From NCBI GenBank assembly GCA_964501035.1, contig CAZCRK010000012.1, positions 1-34,503 on the forward strand: 34,503 bases of DNA, given 5' to 3'. The stretch's first letter is position 1. The number at the start of each line of letters is the position of its first letter. Under the pieces are notes generated by a model. It was given only the letters and a program-made list of their open reading frames with translations, did not search any database and was not told where the DNA came from. Shown one piece after another: positions 6,740-18,025 of the stretch. Position numbers and translations under genes: made by a program.

Positions 6740-8731
6740 TTAACGAATCCACTTTAGAGGAGAATCAGGTGTTTCATGATTACCTTTTGAAACATTGTTT
6801 CCATGATTGAAAACTAAATATCCATATTTACCGTAGTGGGGTACTTTCCGAGCAAGGGGTGTAAGTTCGCCTGCTCGTTTTGAATATATCATTAATCCGG
6901 GATGCCCATTTTCATGTTCAAATGCCCATACAACACTATGTTCATAGGCATCAAACGAGTTTCCATATATTTCTAACGAGCCATTGACTTTAATGTTTTT
7001 TAAACTTTTTGGAACAACACCTAAATATATGATTGGAGCATCTGGGACTTGTGAGTTTGGTGTAATAATTTGCGGATTATTTGATTCATTTATATAACCA
7101 TTAAATGATTCCACTAATTTATTCCATTCTTCATTTTTTTCTGGAATTACAAAATTAAAACTAGATTCACTCAACAACTGTCTAATGGTCATATCCAATT
7201 CTTCAGGATGAAGTTTTCGCATTAAGTGATAATCTGGATCAACTGAAATTTCATTAACTCCATCTGTATTGACAAAAGTTGATTCTGTGTTTGAAAATAA
7301 AGTACTCGTGAATGTACTGCCATTGCTTTGTGAGACTGTTATAGGTATCCACATAGGTTTAACATTTTCAGATTGTACCACAAACAAAGAATCATTTGAT
7401 TCTGTTAAACGTATCAAGGGTACGCCAGGTTGGTTTACCCATGCTTCTTGGAATAATGATAAATCTTGTTTACTTATATTTTCAAATGCATATATAAAAT
7501 CAGACCAGGTGCCATGTCCCCATTGTTCATTTTCTATTACAGTTTGCAATGCTTTGATAAATGCATCATGTCCAATATGTTCTTCAATCATGTGGAAAAT
7601 CATAGCAACTTTTCCGTACCCAATCGAGCGAGTTGCCATATCTGTTCTACTTCTGAATTCAGCTGGAGCAAAATCATTGGATTCATTCACATACACAGAA
7701 AAATCTTTCAAAATATCTTTCCTATATTGCTTACCTAAAACTGGACTACGTTTTAGTTTATACAGATAATCTGCTTGGTATGTTGTTAATCCTTCACACC
7801 AATTACCACCATCACCCACATTTACTGAATTGCCCCACCAATTATGGAGTACTTCATGTCCTAGTGATGTAAAAACAATAAAGGGTAAATGAATTACAGA
7901 CCGTCCTAGAACGGTATATGATGGCATTCCATATCCTGTTGGAAAGAAGTTTTCGACAACTGCAAATTTAGAGAATGGGTATGGAGATAACATTTCAGAA
8001 TACATATCAACATATTCCATGCTTTTTTGAAGATAGTCTGTAGCCAATAAAGAATCTTCTGGAAAAAAATATGTATAAAATTCTACTCCATTATGAATTT
8101 GATTTTGTACATCCCATTTTGCAGCTGTAATAAAAATACCTTCAACAGGGTGTTCTGTTTTAAACTTAGTTGTTCTAATCGGAACTTCTTTTGAATTTAA
8201 TATTTTTCCTTCAGATACTGCTGACCACCCTTGGGGTAAATCTACATGTGTTGTAAAATGAACTAATGTTTCATCTGCCATAGGGTAATATCCTGCACTT
8301 GGAGAAAGAAACACACCTTCTTCAGAAATAGTTGCATTTATCTCCATGGCTATTTTTTCACGACTAAAACTTGCACTTTGTGTATCCTGGTTAAGTATTC
8401 CTGAGTATTTTAACTCCATTGTAGCATGTTTTTTATCAAACCATCCACGTTTAACAGAATATTTTACAAATCCTTCTCCAAAATCTTCATCAGAATTAGA
8501 TGTTGAAAATGTTTTTTCCTTTCCGTTGATTTGAAGTGATTCGATTTTTAACAATTCAGTTAAATGAAAATCCCACATTTTTGAATCAGTTTCAATTTTA
8601 AACAAATCTTCTACTGAAATGGAATGATTAGTCGGATCTATTTTAAACAAAATATCATGTTGGTTGATTTTACTATCTGCAAAAATCAAGGAGGTTAAAA
8701 CAAAAAACAATAATGAAGTAATTTTAGCCAT
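6740..8731 (-). CDS. Secreted M1-family (gluzincin) aminopeptidase
   Basis: Signal peptide; PYPFSKFAVVENFFPTGYGMPS, HEVLHNWWGN...WCEG (HExxH plus downstream E), catalytic-Tyr region IGYGK. Confidence 0.9.
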   Translation of the reverse strand: MAKITSLLFFVLTSLIFADSKINQHDILFKIDPTNHSISVEDLFKIETDSKMWDFHLTELLKIESLQINGKEKTFSTSNSDEDFGEGFVKYSVKRGWFDKKHATMELKYSGILNQDTQSASFSREKIAMEINATISEEGVFLSPSAGYYPMADETLVHFTTHVDLPQGWSAVSEGKILNSKEVPIRTTKFKTEHPVEGIFITAAKWDVQNQIHNGVEFYTYFFPEDSLLATDYLQKSMEYVDMYSEMLSPYPFSKFAVVENFFPTGYGMPSYTVLGRSVIHLPFIVFTSLGHEVLHNWWGNSVNVGDGGNWCEGLTTYQADYLYKLKRSPVLGKQYRKDILKDFSVYVNESNDFAPAEFRSRTDMATRSIGYGKVAMIFHMIEEHIGHDAFIKALQTVIENEQWGHGTWSDFIYAFENISKQDLSLFQEAWVNQPGVPLIRLTESNDSLFVVQSENVKPMWIPITVSQSNGSTFTSTLFSNTESTFVNTDGVNEISVDPDYHLMRKLHPEELDMTIRQLLSESSFNFVIPEKNEEWNKLVESFNGYINESNNPQIITPNSQVPDAPIIYLGVVPKSLKNIKVNGSLEIYGNSFDAYEHSVVWAFEHENGHPGLMIYSKRAGELTPLARKVPHYGKYGYLVFNHGNNVSKGNHETPDSPLKWIR

Positions 8732-8732
8732 T

Positions 8733-9224
8733 TTAATATCCTAAAACATCATTCCAATTATCAATTACACTTTGTAATCTCGCATCAACTTTCATCTCAC
8801 CATCAACAGTTATAGATTCAATTACATCACCTTGAACAATGCTGTTTACAATTTTTTGCCCATCATTATCGGTTGCACCAAACACGGTATGCTTATTATC
8901 TAGCCATGGTGTTTCAATATGTGTAATAAAAAACTGACTTCCATTTGTGCCAGGTCCAGCATTTGCCATAGATAAAATTCCGGGTTTATCATGCTTTAAG
9001 TCAGGGTGAAATTCATCCGAAAAATTATATCCTGGTCCACCAGTACCAGTTCCTAAAGGGCAACCACCTTGAATCATAAAATCATCTATTACTCTATGGA
9101 ATTTTAATCCATCATAATATCCATTTTTTGCTAAGTTTGTAAAATTTGCTACAGTAATGGGTGTTTTATCATCATACAATTCTATTTTGATGTTCCCCTT
9201 GTTTGTTTTAATTGTTGCTTTCAT
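8733..9224 (-). CDS. Cyclophilin-type peptidyl-prolyl cis-trans isomerase
   Basis: [58 protein letters not shown]. Confidence 0.97.
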   Translation of the reverse strand: MKATIKTNKGNIKIELYDDKTPITVANFTNLAKNGYYDGLKFHRVIDDFMIQGGCPLGTGTGGPGYNFSDEFHPDLKHDKPGILSMANAGPGTNGSQFFITHIETPWLDNKHTVFGATDNDGQKIVNSIVQGDVIESITVDGEMKVDARLQSVIDNWNDVLGY

Positions 9225-9232
9225 TTCGTCCT

Positions 9233-11857
9233 TTATTTAGTAATAACAATTGTATGGTTTTCTGGAAGTTTTAAATAAGTGTTGGCTATGTGTTGAATAT
9301 CTTCAACATTAATATCATTCTGGTTTGAATATCTGTTTAAGGCATTTTCATAATCACCAGTAAAAAACTCATAATAACCCATATAAAATGCCTGACCTAT
9401 ACGGGTTAAATTTCGACGCATATATGCCCCTTTATTTGAGTTTACAGTTCGGGTAATTTCATCCTGAGTAATGCCTACCAATTTAGCTGGGTTAAAATAT
9501 GATTTCAGCTCCTTAACGACTTTATCAATATTTTCAACACCCGTCCCTATGGATGCGACTAACCACGCGGTATTACCTTCATATCCCTCGCTTAGTCCAA
9601 TGGAATATGCCAAGCCTTGAGATTCACGTAAATCCATCATCATTCGATAGGATAAGATATCAGTCATTAATGAGAAAACTGGTTTGTCTTCATCTTTTAT
9701 GGTAAATGTGTACCCCAATTTAATTTGAGATTGTTCTTTCCCTAGTTCAATTATTTTTTCTTGAAATTGTGGTTGGGGTAAAATTGGTTCTACAATTCGT
9801 TCGATGGGATTTCCTTTTGTACTCCAAATAGAGTTAAAGGTATCTACCAAATCATTATGAGGAATATTTGAAGAAATAGTGATAACATAGTTTTCAGGTG
9901 AAAAATATTTTGACTGGAGCTGAGTTAAATTATCTTTGTTTATCAATGAAACGGATTCAGTATTTCCACTCACTTTTTGAGTAATAGGGTTATTTTCACC
10001 TAAAAATAACTTCCAAAATGTACTTGAAATTGCATTTCTGCTAGAATGTCCTTGCATTTGCAATTTGCCCATTGCTTGTGAAACAGCATTTTGTACATTA
10101 TCATCAGTTAATGTTGTATAATCCATCATATGTGTCAGTAACTCAATACCTCGTTTAGCATCTTTTTCTAAACATTCGAAACGAATATAACCATATTCTG
10201 AAGAGTTGTAGTAATTATCATATGGTATAAAGCCCATATCTACATACTTTGTTTGAGCACCTATTTTTCCTAATTCTAATTTTAACTCATCAGATGAATA
10301 GGTATCGGTTCCACTTTCTAGTAAAGTATGCAAAATTTCAGCACCACCAGTTAAATTGCCTTCTATGTTGTTACGATTTTTAATCATCACATGCATACCA
10401 AACATTGGCGAACCCCCACCCGAAGCTGTTATGAGTGTTGCTCCTGATGGTAACACGGATTTATCATAAAGAACTCTAGAATCGCCTTCGTTTTGTAATT
10501 CACTTTTCTTTGACAATACAATATTAAATTGCAAAGGGCTTAGTTGAGTTAATGAACTTAGACTTTGTTTTAAATTTTCAAGTTTATAATTATTAAGATA
10601 ATAATCATGTTCTAAAATCCATCTTCCACCATTTTGTGCAAGGTCTGAAGCTTTCATCATTGCATAATAATGGGGTTGATCTAAATAGGCAAAATCTTCA
10701 ACTTGATTTTCTGTAACCCATACTTTTATTTTTTGAGCAAGGTTAGTTTTGTATGTTAACTGTTGGTAAAAATCTGTAATTGCTAATTGTATTTTATCTG
10801 AGAGGGCAGGTAAATGACTTTCATCATTCGTTGTAAAATTGGCAATTAATAGAGGAATATCCCCATCATTGTTGATTGAAAAACTCAGCTCATTTTCCGT
10901 GAATAGTGATGTAATTTCCTCATTCATAAAATGTACAAGTAAATACTTAGAAATTTCATCAAATTGAATCTTGTTGTTTTTGGTTTCAAAATTATATACT
11001 AATTGAGCATAATTCTTAGATACAGATTGATAGTCAATATTTGTTATCATTTTAGTATTATCAAATTGAATATTTTCAATGGGATTCTGAAAAATTGGTT
11101 TTGGTGGTTCATCTCCGTAATACTTTTCAAGCATGGGTTTAAGTTGGTTTGAATCAAAATTTCCAATAATGGTCAAAATCATATTGTTGGGAACATAATG
11201 GTTTTTGTAAAATTCAAAAATATCATCACGTTTCATGTGCTCAATTGTACTTTTTGTTCCCAATGTTGGTAAACCTGCACCTGTATTACCTAGATTCATT
11301 CTATTAAAGAAATTTTGCACGTGATACGTTTCACTATCTCTATCTTTGAGAATTTCTTCAATCACGATACCCCGTTCTTTTTCTAGTTTGTCACTGGGAA
11401 TAATCGAGTGAAAAATCATATCTTGTTGGATATCCATTCCTTGTTCAATATATTCAGATGGCAAAAGAAAAATAAAGTCAGTGAATTGTTTCCCAGTGAA
11501 GGCATTACTATAGGCTCCCACAAGATCCGTATCTTCATATAGTTTATCTTGCGTTCGTGTTTCAGTGCCATTAAACAGTAAATGCTCAAGCATATGTGAC
11601 ATACCAGATGTGCTATAGTTTTCAAATGCAGATCCAACACGAATAGTCATATTTAATGCAACCATTGGGGATGAACTATTTTGAATTGCCAATACTTCAA
11701 GTCCATTTTCTAAATAAAAAGTCTCTGCATTTTGTGGGTATGGAATAATTTCACTATTTTGAATTGAATTCTTTATTCTATCCGCTTGAATAGAAGGTGG
11801 GGTACATGCTGAAACAAACAATCCTGCGACAATTACACCTAGTTTTATAGTTCTCAT
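9233..11857 (-). CDS. M16 (insulinase/pitrilysin) zinc peptidase, lipoprotein
   Basis: Lipobox FVSAC; inverted zinc motif [19 protein letters not shown]; second M16 half lacks the motif but keeps [10 protein letters not shown]. Confidence 0.92.
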   Translation of the reverse strand: MRTIKLGVIVAGLFVSACTPPSIQADRIKNSIQNSEIIPYPQNAETFYLENGLEVLAIQNSSSPMVALNMTIRVGSAFENYSTSGMSHMLEHLLFNGTETRTQDKLYEDTDLVGAYSNAFTGKQFTDFIFLLPSEYIEQGMDIQQDMIFHSIIPSDKLEKERGIVIEEILKDRDSETYHVQNFFNRMNLGNTGAGLPTLGTKSTIEHMKRDDIFEFYKNHYVPNNMILTIIGNFDSNQLKPMLEKYYGDEPPKPIFQNPIENIQFDNTKMITNIDYQSVSKNYAQLVYNFETKNNKIQFDEISKYLLVHFMNEEITSLFTENELSFSINNDGDIPLLIANFTTNDESHLPALSDKIQLAITDFYQQLTYKTNLAQKIKVWVTENQVEDFAYLDQPHYYAMMKASDLAQNGGRWILEHDYYLNNYKLENLKQSLSSLTQLSPLQFNIVLSKKSELQNEGDSRVLYDKSVLPSGATLITASGGGSPMFGMHVMIKNRNNIEGNLTGGAEILHTLLESGTDTYSSDELKLELGKIGAQTKYVDMGFIPYDNYYNSSEYGYIRFECLEKDAKRGIELLTHMMDYTTLTDDNVQNAVSQAMGKLQMQGHSSRNAISSTFWKLFLGENNPITQKVSGNTESVSLINKDNLTQLQSKYFSPENYVITISSNIPHNDLVDTFNSIWSTKGNPIERIVEPILPQPQFQEKIIELGKEQSQIKLGYTFTIKDEDKPVFSLMTDILSYRMMMDLRESQGLAYSIGLSEGYEGNTAWLVASIGTGVENIDKVVKELKSYFNPAKLVGITQDEITRTVNSNKGAYMRRNLTRIGQAFYMGYYEFFTGDYENALNRYSNQNDINVEDIQHIANTYLKLPENHTIVITK

Positions 11858-11903
11858 AGTTTTCCTTGAATAATTATTGATACTACAATTAACATTCTAT
11901 CAA

Positions 11904-13226
11904 TTACAGTGTTAACTCAAATGATGTTAACAGAATTCCAGGGCAGTGAACACCCCCTAATTCTCGACCACCGTACGTTTCGATATCTGGATGAAAATCT
12001 AATGAGTCACCAACAGCTTCTAGATTTCCTCCAAAAATGTTGTATAAACTGTCATCAAAACGCATGTTTTCAATTGGTGCAACAATTTCGCCATTTTCTA
12101 CCCAAAAGCAAGCATATCGAGTCATGCCTGTAATGCGACCACCGATATTATCACTCCAATTCAAGTAATGCAGATTCCCCAAGAAAATACCCGTACCTAT
12201 TTCCTGTAAAACATCATTTGATGCTAGTGTACCTGGTTTCATTTCACATGCACGCATATATTCACCATCGCCTGCAAAATTGGAAGTTTTATCATATTCT
12301 TTTGCTGTTCGAGTACTAATCAATGTGTTTTTCAGAACACCATTTTCAATTAGAGATAATTTTTCAGGAGCTATTTCTCCATTACCATTAAATCGTTGAA
12401 CAGAGCCGTGGGTAAAATTTTCAGAAATAGAAAACAAAGATGATAACTGAATATTTTCACTTCTCATCTTTCCAAAAGCTGATTGTCCCTGTTGAATCGA
12501 AGCTTCACTTATTCCATTCCATGAGAACATATGTAGTATGTCACTTACACCCGCAGATGCAATATATGTACGGTAATTTCCTGGATCAATTTTTACGGCA
12601 GGTTGGTTCATCATTTTAAGTTTGTTAACAGAATCTGCCATAAATGATTCGTACTTAGATTGATCCCAATTTTTCCCAGCAAAAGTAGCTTTCACCATTT
12701 TTTCTTCGGGTGTTATAAGGGAATAATCCAATGAAAATGAATCAGTTGCAAACCAATGTTTTTGACCAGCAGAGTTAGTATTTCCAACGTAAACACGGCC
12801 AGATGCCCAGATACCAGCTAAATCCACTCCATGCATTGCTGGGGTGAGCGCATCCGCTGCTTTATCAATGGGAAGTAAAGACCCACTATGTGATTCTTGA
12901 CTTGAACCTTTGTTCTCAGGATACACAATATATGGATCTTCTGGAAGGTGTTGAATTTGACCTCGCATTGATTCAATTTCAGAGGATAAATTTTCAAAAT
13001 CTATGTCCATATTTTGAGTTAATGTGATACTACAACTCATGTTTCGATTATTGGAAATATATTCGATAGAAATACTCATATCATCTACTAAACCAGTTTG
13101 GCGTATTTTTGCATTATTGAATCGAATAAACTGACTATTTTCAGCACCAAAACTTAATTTTAAATGTTCACCATTTTGTAAATGGCTCATAATTTTATCT
13201 GATAAATTGAAAAAATATTCTCTCAT
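11904..13226 (-). CDS. tldE: TldE/PmbA-family protease subunit
   Basis: IRFNNAKIRQ, LIENGVLK, LHYLN..D...GRITGMTR, VENGEIVAPIENMRF; no HExxxH; 3 nt downstream of tldD. Confidence 0.85.
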   Translation of the reverse strand: MREYFFNLSDKIMSHLQNGEHLKLSFGAENSQFIRFNNAKIRQTGLVDDMSISIEYISNNRNMSCSITLTQNMDIDFENLSSEIESMRGQIQHLPEDPYIVYPENKGSSQESHSGSLLPIDKAADALTPAMHGVDLAGIWASGRVYVGNTNSAGQKHWFATDSFSLDYSLITPEEKMVKATFAGKNWDQSKYESFMADSVNKLKMMNQPAVKIDPGNYRTYIASAGVSDILHMFSWNGISEASIQQGQSAFGKMRSENIQLSSLFSISENFTHGSVQRFNGNGEIAPEKLSLIENGVLKNTLISTRTAKEYDKTSNFAGDGEYMRACEMKPGTLASNDVLQEIGTGIFLGNLHYLNWSDNIGGRITGMTRYACFWVENGEIVAPIENMRFDDSLYNIFGGNLEAVGDSLDFHPDIETYGGRELGGVHCPGILLTSFELTL

Positions 13227-13229
13227 AAT

Positions 13230-14654
13230 TTACGCTCCACCAAAAATTTCTATATTATCAAACCGACACACAGGGGATGCATGTCCTACACGAATAACCT
13301 GGTTTGGTTCTCCTTTTCCACAATTAGGTGTACCGTGAACGCTAAATGTGTCCCTATTTCCAACCATGGATAAACTATTCCAAAATGGATTGGAAATTCC
13401 GCGATAATTTGGATTTTTTACTGTTTTTGTTAGCTTACCATTTTCAATAAGTTTGCCATATTCAGCTCCAAATTGAAACTTATTACGATAATCATCAATA
13501 GACCATGAACGGTTTGTTTCCATAAACACCCCACGTTCAGTATTTGAAATAATATTTTCAAATGAGGACTCACCGGGTTCAACATTCAAATTTGCCATTC
13601 TATCAATAGGAGCTCGGTTCCAATTGCTTGCTCTAAAATTTGCAACACCCTTTAATCCAGATCGAGTTTGACTTTCCATTCCGCCTAATCCTCGAACAAG
13701 TAAACCATCTTTTATGATGTATTCTTTTTGTGCTTTTAATCCACCATCATCAAAGGCATAAGAAGCTAACTCATTGGGTACTGTTGGGTCAAACGTTACA
13801 TTTAATAGTTTTGAACCATATTGCAATGTTCCAAAATCTTTGGGTCGAACAAAGCTATACCCTGCATAATTCCGCTCATCGCCTAAAATTCGGTCAATTT
13901 CAAGTGCATGTCCTATGCTTTCATGGATTTGTAACATCATTTGATCAGGAGCTAAAACTAGAGAGGTCGTTTCTGTGGGGCATTCTTCTGCAGATAAAAG
14001 TTCAATTGCTTGTTCTGATGCTGTTTGACAATCCTGTAACAATTGGGTTTCGTCTAAAATTTCTAATCCCGCTTGTAGCCCACCACGACCACCATTAGAT
14101 CGAGTTTGCGTAACGGAACCATCTTGAGCAGTTGCCGAAAAATAAACATCAGACATCAAAAATGATTGATGGGCATCGCTACCATTTGTGCATACATAAT
14201 GAAAGTCTGTTTCAACAAAAATACTATTTGCACTAACACTTACAATTTTATCTGAAATTTTAAGTGCCTCATTTGCTTTAATGAGGAATTGGTTTATGTC
14301 ACCGACACTCATTGTATTTCGTGCTAATTTAAAGGGAGATTGATATTCTCCTATTGCAACTGGTCGTACAGATTGATCAAAAGAATAGATAGAATATTTT
14401 GATGCTAGTTTTGCCTGTTTCAACGCGTTGTCAACAGCATTTTGAATGCCTTCAAGTGTTAAATTCTGTGTGCCATAGTATCCAAACTGACCATTATATA
14501 GCACTTCAACCATTATACCATGTGTATTTCCAGTATGGTTTGCTTGGGGTTTTCCATCTCGTACAATATGATACGTTGTTGCTTCTTTTACTTCACGAAG
14601 CCCTACCCATTCTGCTTCAGAACGGATATTGCCAAGTAGTTGTTTTAGATTCAT
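13230..14654 (-). CDS. tldD: TldD-family metalloprotease
   Basis: QIHESIGHALE (HExxGH), RAPIDRMANL, SWSIDDYRNKFQFG, CGKGEP. Start set at ATG 14654 (AAAGG upstream) rather than 14687. Confidence 0.93.
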   Translation of the reverse strand: MNLKQLLGNIRSEAEWVGLREVKEATTYHIVRDGKPQANHTGNTHGIMVEVLYNGQFGYYGTQNLTLEGIQNAVDNALKQAKLASKYSIYSFDQSVRPVAIGEYQSPFKLARNTMSVGDINQFLIKANEALKISDKIVSVSANSIFVETDFHYVCTNGSDAHQSFLMSDVYFSATAQDGSVTQTRSNGGRGGLQAGLEILDETQLLQDCQTASEQAIELLSAEECPTETTSLVLAPDQMMLQIHESIGHALEIDRILGDERNYAGYSFVRPKDFGTLQYGSKLLNVTFDPTVPNELASYAFDDGGLKAQKEYIIKDGLLVRGLGGMESQTRSGLKGVANFRASNWNRAPIDRMANLNVEPGESSFENIISNTERGVFMETNRSWSIDDYRNKFQFGAEYGKLIENGKLTKTVKNPNYRGISNPFWNSLSMVGNRDTFSVHGTPNCGKGEPNQVIRVGHASPVCRFDNIEIFGGA

Positions 14655-14834
14655 TATGCCTTTATCCCATTTAAAATATAGACTCATAATTTATAACGTA
14701 ATTAAAACACGTAACCATAAATTGAGAATAAATTATTTTACATTTTTTTGATGTTGTGATGGGTTTATTCCTGTAAATTAGGGGCTGTAGTTTACATTGT
14801 TTCTTTATCATTAAATAAAAATTTAAGGTTTTAT

Positions 14835-16757
14835 ATGAAATTCAAACTTTATTTATCTATACTTACATTTATCAGTTCATTTTTTATTGGATGTGGAGGA
14901 AGTAGTAATTCAACTCCAATAGCGTTACGTACTAAACCAGTTTCAATGAAGCAATTTGACACTCCACAAGGGGCAGACCCTAGTATATCTGCTGAGATGG
15001 GAGGAAATGGATTTGAAAATATTGCTGAAGGGCTAGGTTTTGAAACATATTCACCTGAGCCAGATGGTGACCCAAATGCAAAAAAGGGTGGACGTTTTAC
15101 GATGCGTTTTACTGAGTTTCCTGCTACACTTCGTCCAATTGGTAAAGATTCATCCTCAGAAATTGTGTGGATGCTTTCAATTTTTTGTTATGAAAGTCTA
15201 ATAGGATACGATTCTGAAATTGGAGAAATAGTTCCTGGATTAGCGACGCACTGGAAAATAAGTGATGATGGACGTACATTTCAGTTTAGAATAGATCCAA
15301 ATGCAAGGTGGTCTGATGGTAAACCCGTAATTGCTGAGGATGTGGTTTCTACATTCCATTTGAATATGAATGAAGGAATTTTAGAACCTCGTTTACAGGT
15401 GCAATATGGAAAATATTCCGTTCCGAAAGCAATCAGCAAGTATATTGTTGAAGTATCATCCAATGAAAAACATTTTAAAAATTTCTTGGATTTTGGTTGG
15501 AGTTTACAAATTTTCCCCTCACATATTATTGGAGATTTATCTGCTGAAGAATACTTAGAACAGTTTCATTTTGATATGATGCCTGGTAGCGGACCCTATA
15601 CATTTATAAAAGATAAAATGAGAAAAGGTAAATCACTCACATTGGTTCGCAGAAGTGATTGGTGGCAACGTGATTATGATCGAAATATTGGTGGTTATAA
15701 TTTTGATGAATTTAAATTTGTTATCGTGAATGATGATAGGTTGACGCTAGAAAAATTCAAGAAAGGTGAGCTTGATTATTATACAGTTGGTCGTGCTCAA
15801 TGGTGGGTTGAAGAATTTGATGTGACGGATACTGAATTTGATTTTCTGCACAGAGGATTGATACAAAAGAAAAAAGTATTTAACTATAAACCGAAGGGTA
15901 CATCTGGCCTTGCCTTTAATATGCGTCGGGAACCATTTAACGATATTCGTATTCGAAAGGCATTTGCAAAAATATGGAATCGGGAGCAGTTAATTGAAAA
16001 ATTATTTTTCGATGAGTATGTACCGCTAAAATCATTCTTTCCTGGTGGTCCTTACGAAAACCCAAATAATGAACTTATTACATATGACCCAGATGGTGCA
16101 GTACAATTACTTGCTGATGCAGGTTGGGTACATAGAAACAACGAAGGATGGCTTGAAAAAAATGGTAAAATCTTTGAAGTAGATTTTGGAATTGCACAAT
16201 CTTATGAACGTATTTTTACTCCATTTCAAGAAGATTTAGCAAAAGTTGGAATAAAGATGAATTTAAAATATGTCACAAGCCAAACAATGTTTAAAAAAGT
16301 ATTAAATGAAAGAGATTTTGATATTCATTATCAATCTTGGACAATGCCATTATTCCCGGGTCCTGATAAACATTATGGATCAGAAATGGCTGATATTCCC
16401 GGTACTACAAATATAACCGGTGTCAAAAATGCTGATATTGATGAAATTTCCAAAGCATATAATGAAATGTTTGATGCAAAAGATAGAACCAAAGCATTGC
16501 AAAAAATTGATAGTATCCTCCATGAAATGGTACCGTATGCTCATGGCTGGGGTGCACCCTATACAATCAGATGTGCATACTGGAATAAGTTTGGGATGCC
16601 AGAATCTGTGATTGGATATTCTGGTGATTGGTATACAACCATGTCATCATGGTGGTACGAACCAGAGTTAGCAATTCAAGTTGAACAGGCTAAAAAAGAT
16701 AATTCAATGTCATTTCCGTATGTTGAAACTGAATACAGGTATCAGTTAAAAAAGTAA
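14835..16757 (+). CDS. Peptide ABC transporter substrate-binding lipoprotein (SBP family 5, YejA-like)
   Basis: Lipobox FFIGC; DPNAKKGG, GLATHW, ARWSDGKPV.AEDV, GSGPY, FNMRREPFNDIRIRKA, YWNKFGMP. Confidence 0.92.
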   Translation: MKFKLYLSILTFISSFFIGCGGSSNSTPIALRTKPVSMKQFDTPQGADPSISAEMGGNGFENIAEGLGFETYSPEPDGDPNAKKGGRFTMRFTEFPATLRPIGKDSSSEIVWMLSIFCYESLIGYDSEIGEIVPGLATHWKISDDGRTFQFRIDPNARWSDGKPVIAEDVVSTFHLNMNEGILEPRLQVQYGKYSVPKAISKYIVEVSSNEKHFKNFLDFGWSLQIFPSHIIGDLSAEEYLEQFHFDMMPGSGPYTFIKDKMRKGKSLTLVRRSDWWQRDYDRNIGGYNFDEFKFVIVNDDRLTLEKFKKGELDYYTVGRAQWWVEEFDVTDTEFDFLHRGLIQKKKVFNYKPKGTSGLAFNMRREPFNDIRIRKAFAKIWNREQLIEKLFFDEYVPLKSFFPGGPYENPNNELITYDPDGAVQLLADAGWVHRNNEGWLEKNGKIFEVDFGIAQSYERIFTPFQEDLAKVGIKMNLKYVTSQTMFKKVLNERDFDIHYQSWTMPLFPGPDKHYGSEMADIPGTTNITGVKNADIDEISKAYNEMFDAKDRTKALQKIDSILHEMVPYAHGWGAPYTIRCAYWNKFGMPESVIGYSGDWYTTMSSWWYEPELAIQVEQAKKDNSMSFPYVETEYRYQLKK

Positions 16758-16762
16758 ACTAA

Positions 16763-18025
16763 ATGACTCAGTATATAATTCGAAGACTACTGTTAATGAT
16801 TCCAACATTCCTTGGAATAACCGTACTAGTGTTTACCATTCTTCAACTGGTTCCAGGGGGGCCGCTCGAACAAGAACTTCTAAAAGCTCAAGCAGCACTC
16901 ATGGCAGGTGGCGAAGGAGGAGCAAGTGGAAGCACAAATGAATCGGGGCTTGCTGAATTGCCGGAAGAATCAGTTCAACGCCTTAAAGAATTTTATGGAT
17001 TAGATAAACCTGGACCCATAAGGTATTTAATTTGGCTTGGTGTTTGGCCAAAAGAAATCAATCAATACCGTGTTAAATTTGAACCCGGTCAAACGGAAGC
17101 ACAACACAGATTATCTGCACGCCAATCTATTGATTTAAATTTTATAAATGGAACCCCAACTATTGTAAATAATAATGAATTTAAAAAACCCTGGAAAATA
17201 GAGGTTTCTGAGGTTAATGATGAGGGAATTACAACTTTAAAAATTTACAAAACAGCATTTCAGGGTATTCTCACAGGTCATCTTGGGAAGTCATATACGT
17301 ATGCAGAATCGGTTTGGCAACTCATCAAAGAACGTTTGCATATTTCAGCATATTTTGGGTTAATAAGTTTTGTGCTGTCGTATTTAGTTTGCATCCCACT
17401 TGGAATTACAAAAGCATTAAAACATGGGTCTAAATTTGATGCAATATCTAGTACAATTGTTTTTATAGGGTATTCAACTCCAGGATTTATATTAGGTGCA
17501 ATGTTGCTTGTGTATTTTGGTGGCGGAAGTTTTTGGGATGTATTCCCATTGGGTGAGTTTCGATCTGAAGATTTTGAATATTTTACATTTTGGGAAAAAG
17601 TACAAGACCAATTGCATCACACTGTTTTACCTGTAATTGCATATATGGTGGGAGCATTCGCATCCTTAACTGTTCTGATGAAAAATTCTTTATTGGAAAA
17701 TTTGAGTCAAGATTATGTACGAACAGCATTTGCTAAAGGGTTAACAGAAAAACGTGTTGTATTTTTTCACACTGTTCGAAATTCCCTTATACCCTTAGCA
17801 ACTGGTATAGGTGGTCTAATCGGAATATGGTTAGCTGGTTCATATCTCATTGAGCGTGTATTTAATATAAATGGAATAGGTATGCTGAGCTATATGGCTG
17901 TAATCCAAAGGGATTATCCCGTTGTAATGGGGTTTTTAGTTATAGGGACTATCATTCGATTATTAGGTAATTTAATTTCTGACATGTGTTATGCAGCAAT
18001 AGACCCAAGGATTCGATTTAAGTGA
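16763..18025 (+). CDS. Peptide ABC permease (YejB/OppB-like)
   Basis: YIIRRLLLMIPTFLGIT..PGGP, DYVRTAFAKGL EAA loop, QRDYPVV, IDPRIRF. Confidence 0.93.
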   Translation: MTQYIIRRLLLMIPTFLGITVLVFTILQLVPGGPLEQELLKAQAALMAGGEGGASGSTNESGLAELPEESVQRLKEFYGLDKPGPIRYLIWLGVWPKEINQYRVKFEPGQTEAQHRLSARQSIDLNFINGTPTIVNNNEFKKPWKIEVSEVNDEGITTLKIYKTAFQGILTGHLGKSYTYAESVWQLIKERLHISAYFGLISFVLSYLVCIPLGITKALKHGSKFDAISSTIVFIGYSTPGFILGAMLLVYFGGGSFWDVFPLGEFRSEDFEYFTFWEKVQDQLHHTVLPVIAYMVGAFASLTVLMKNSLLENLSQDYVRTAFAKGLTEKRVVFFHTVRNSLIPLATGIGGLIGIWLAGSYLIERVFNINGIGMLSYMAVIQRDYPVVMGFLVIGTIIRLLGNLISDMCYAAIDPRIRFK

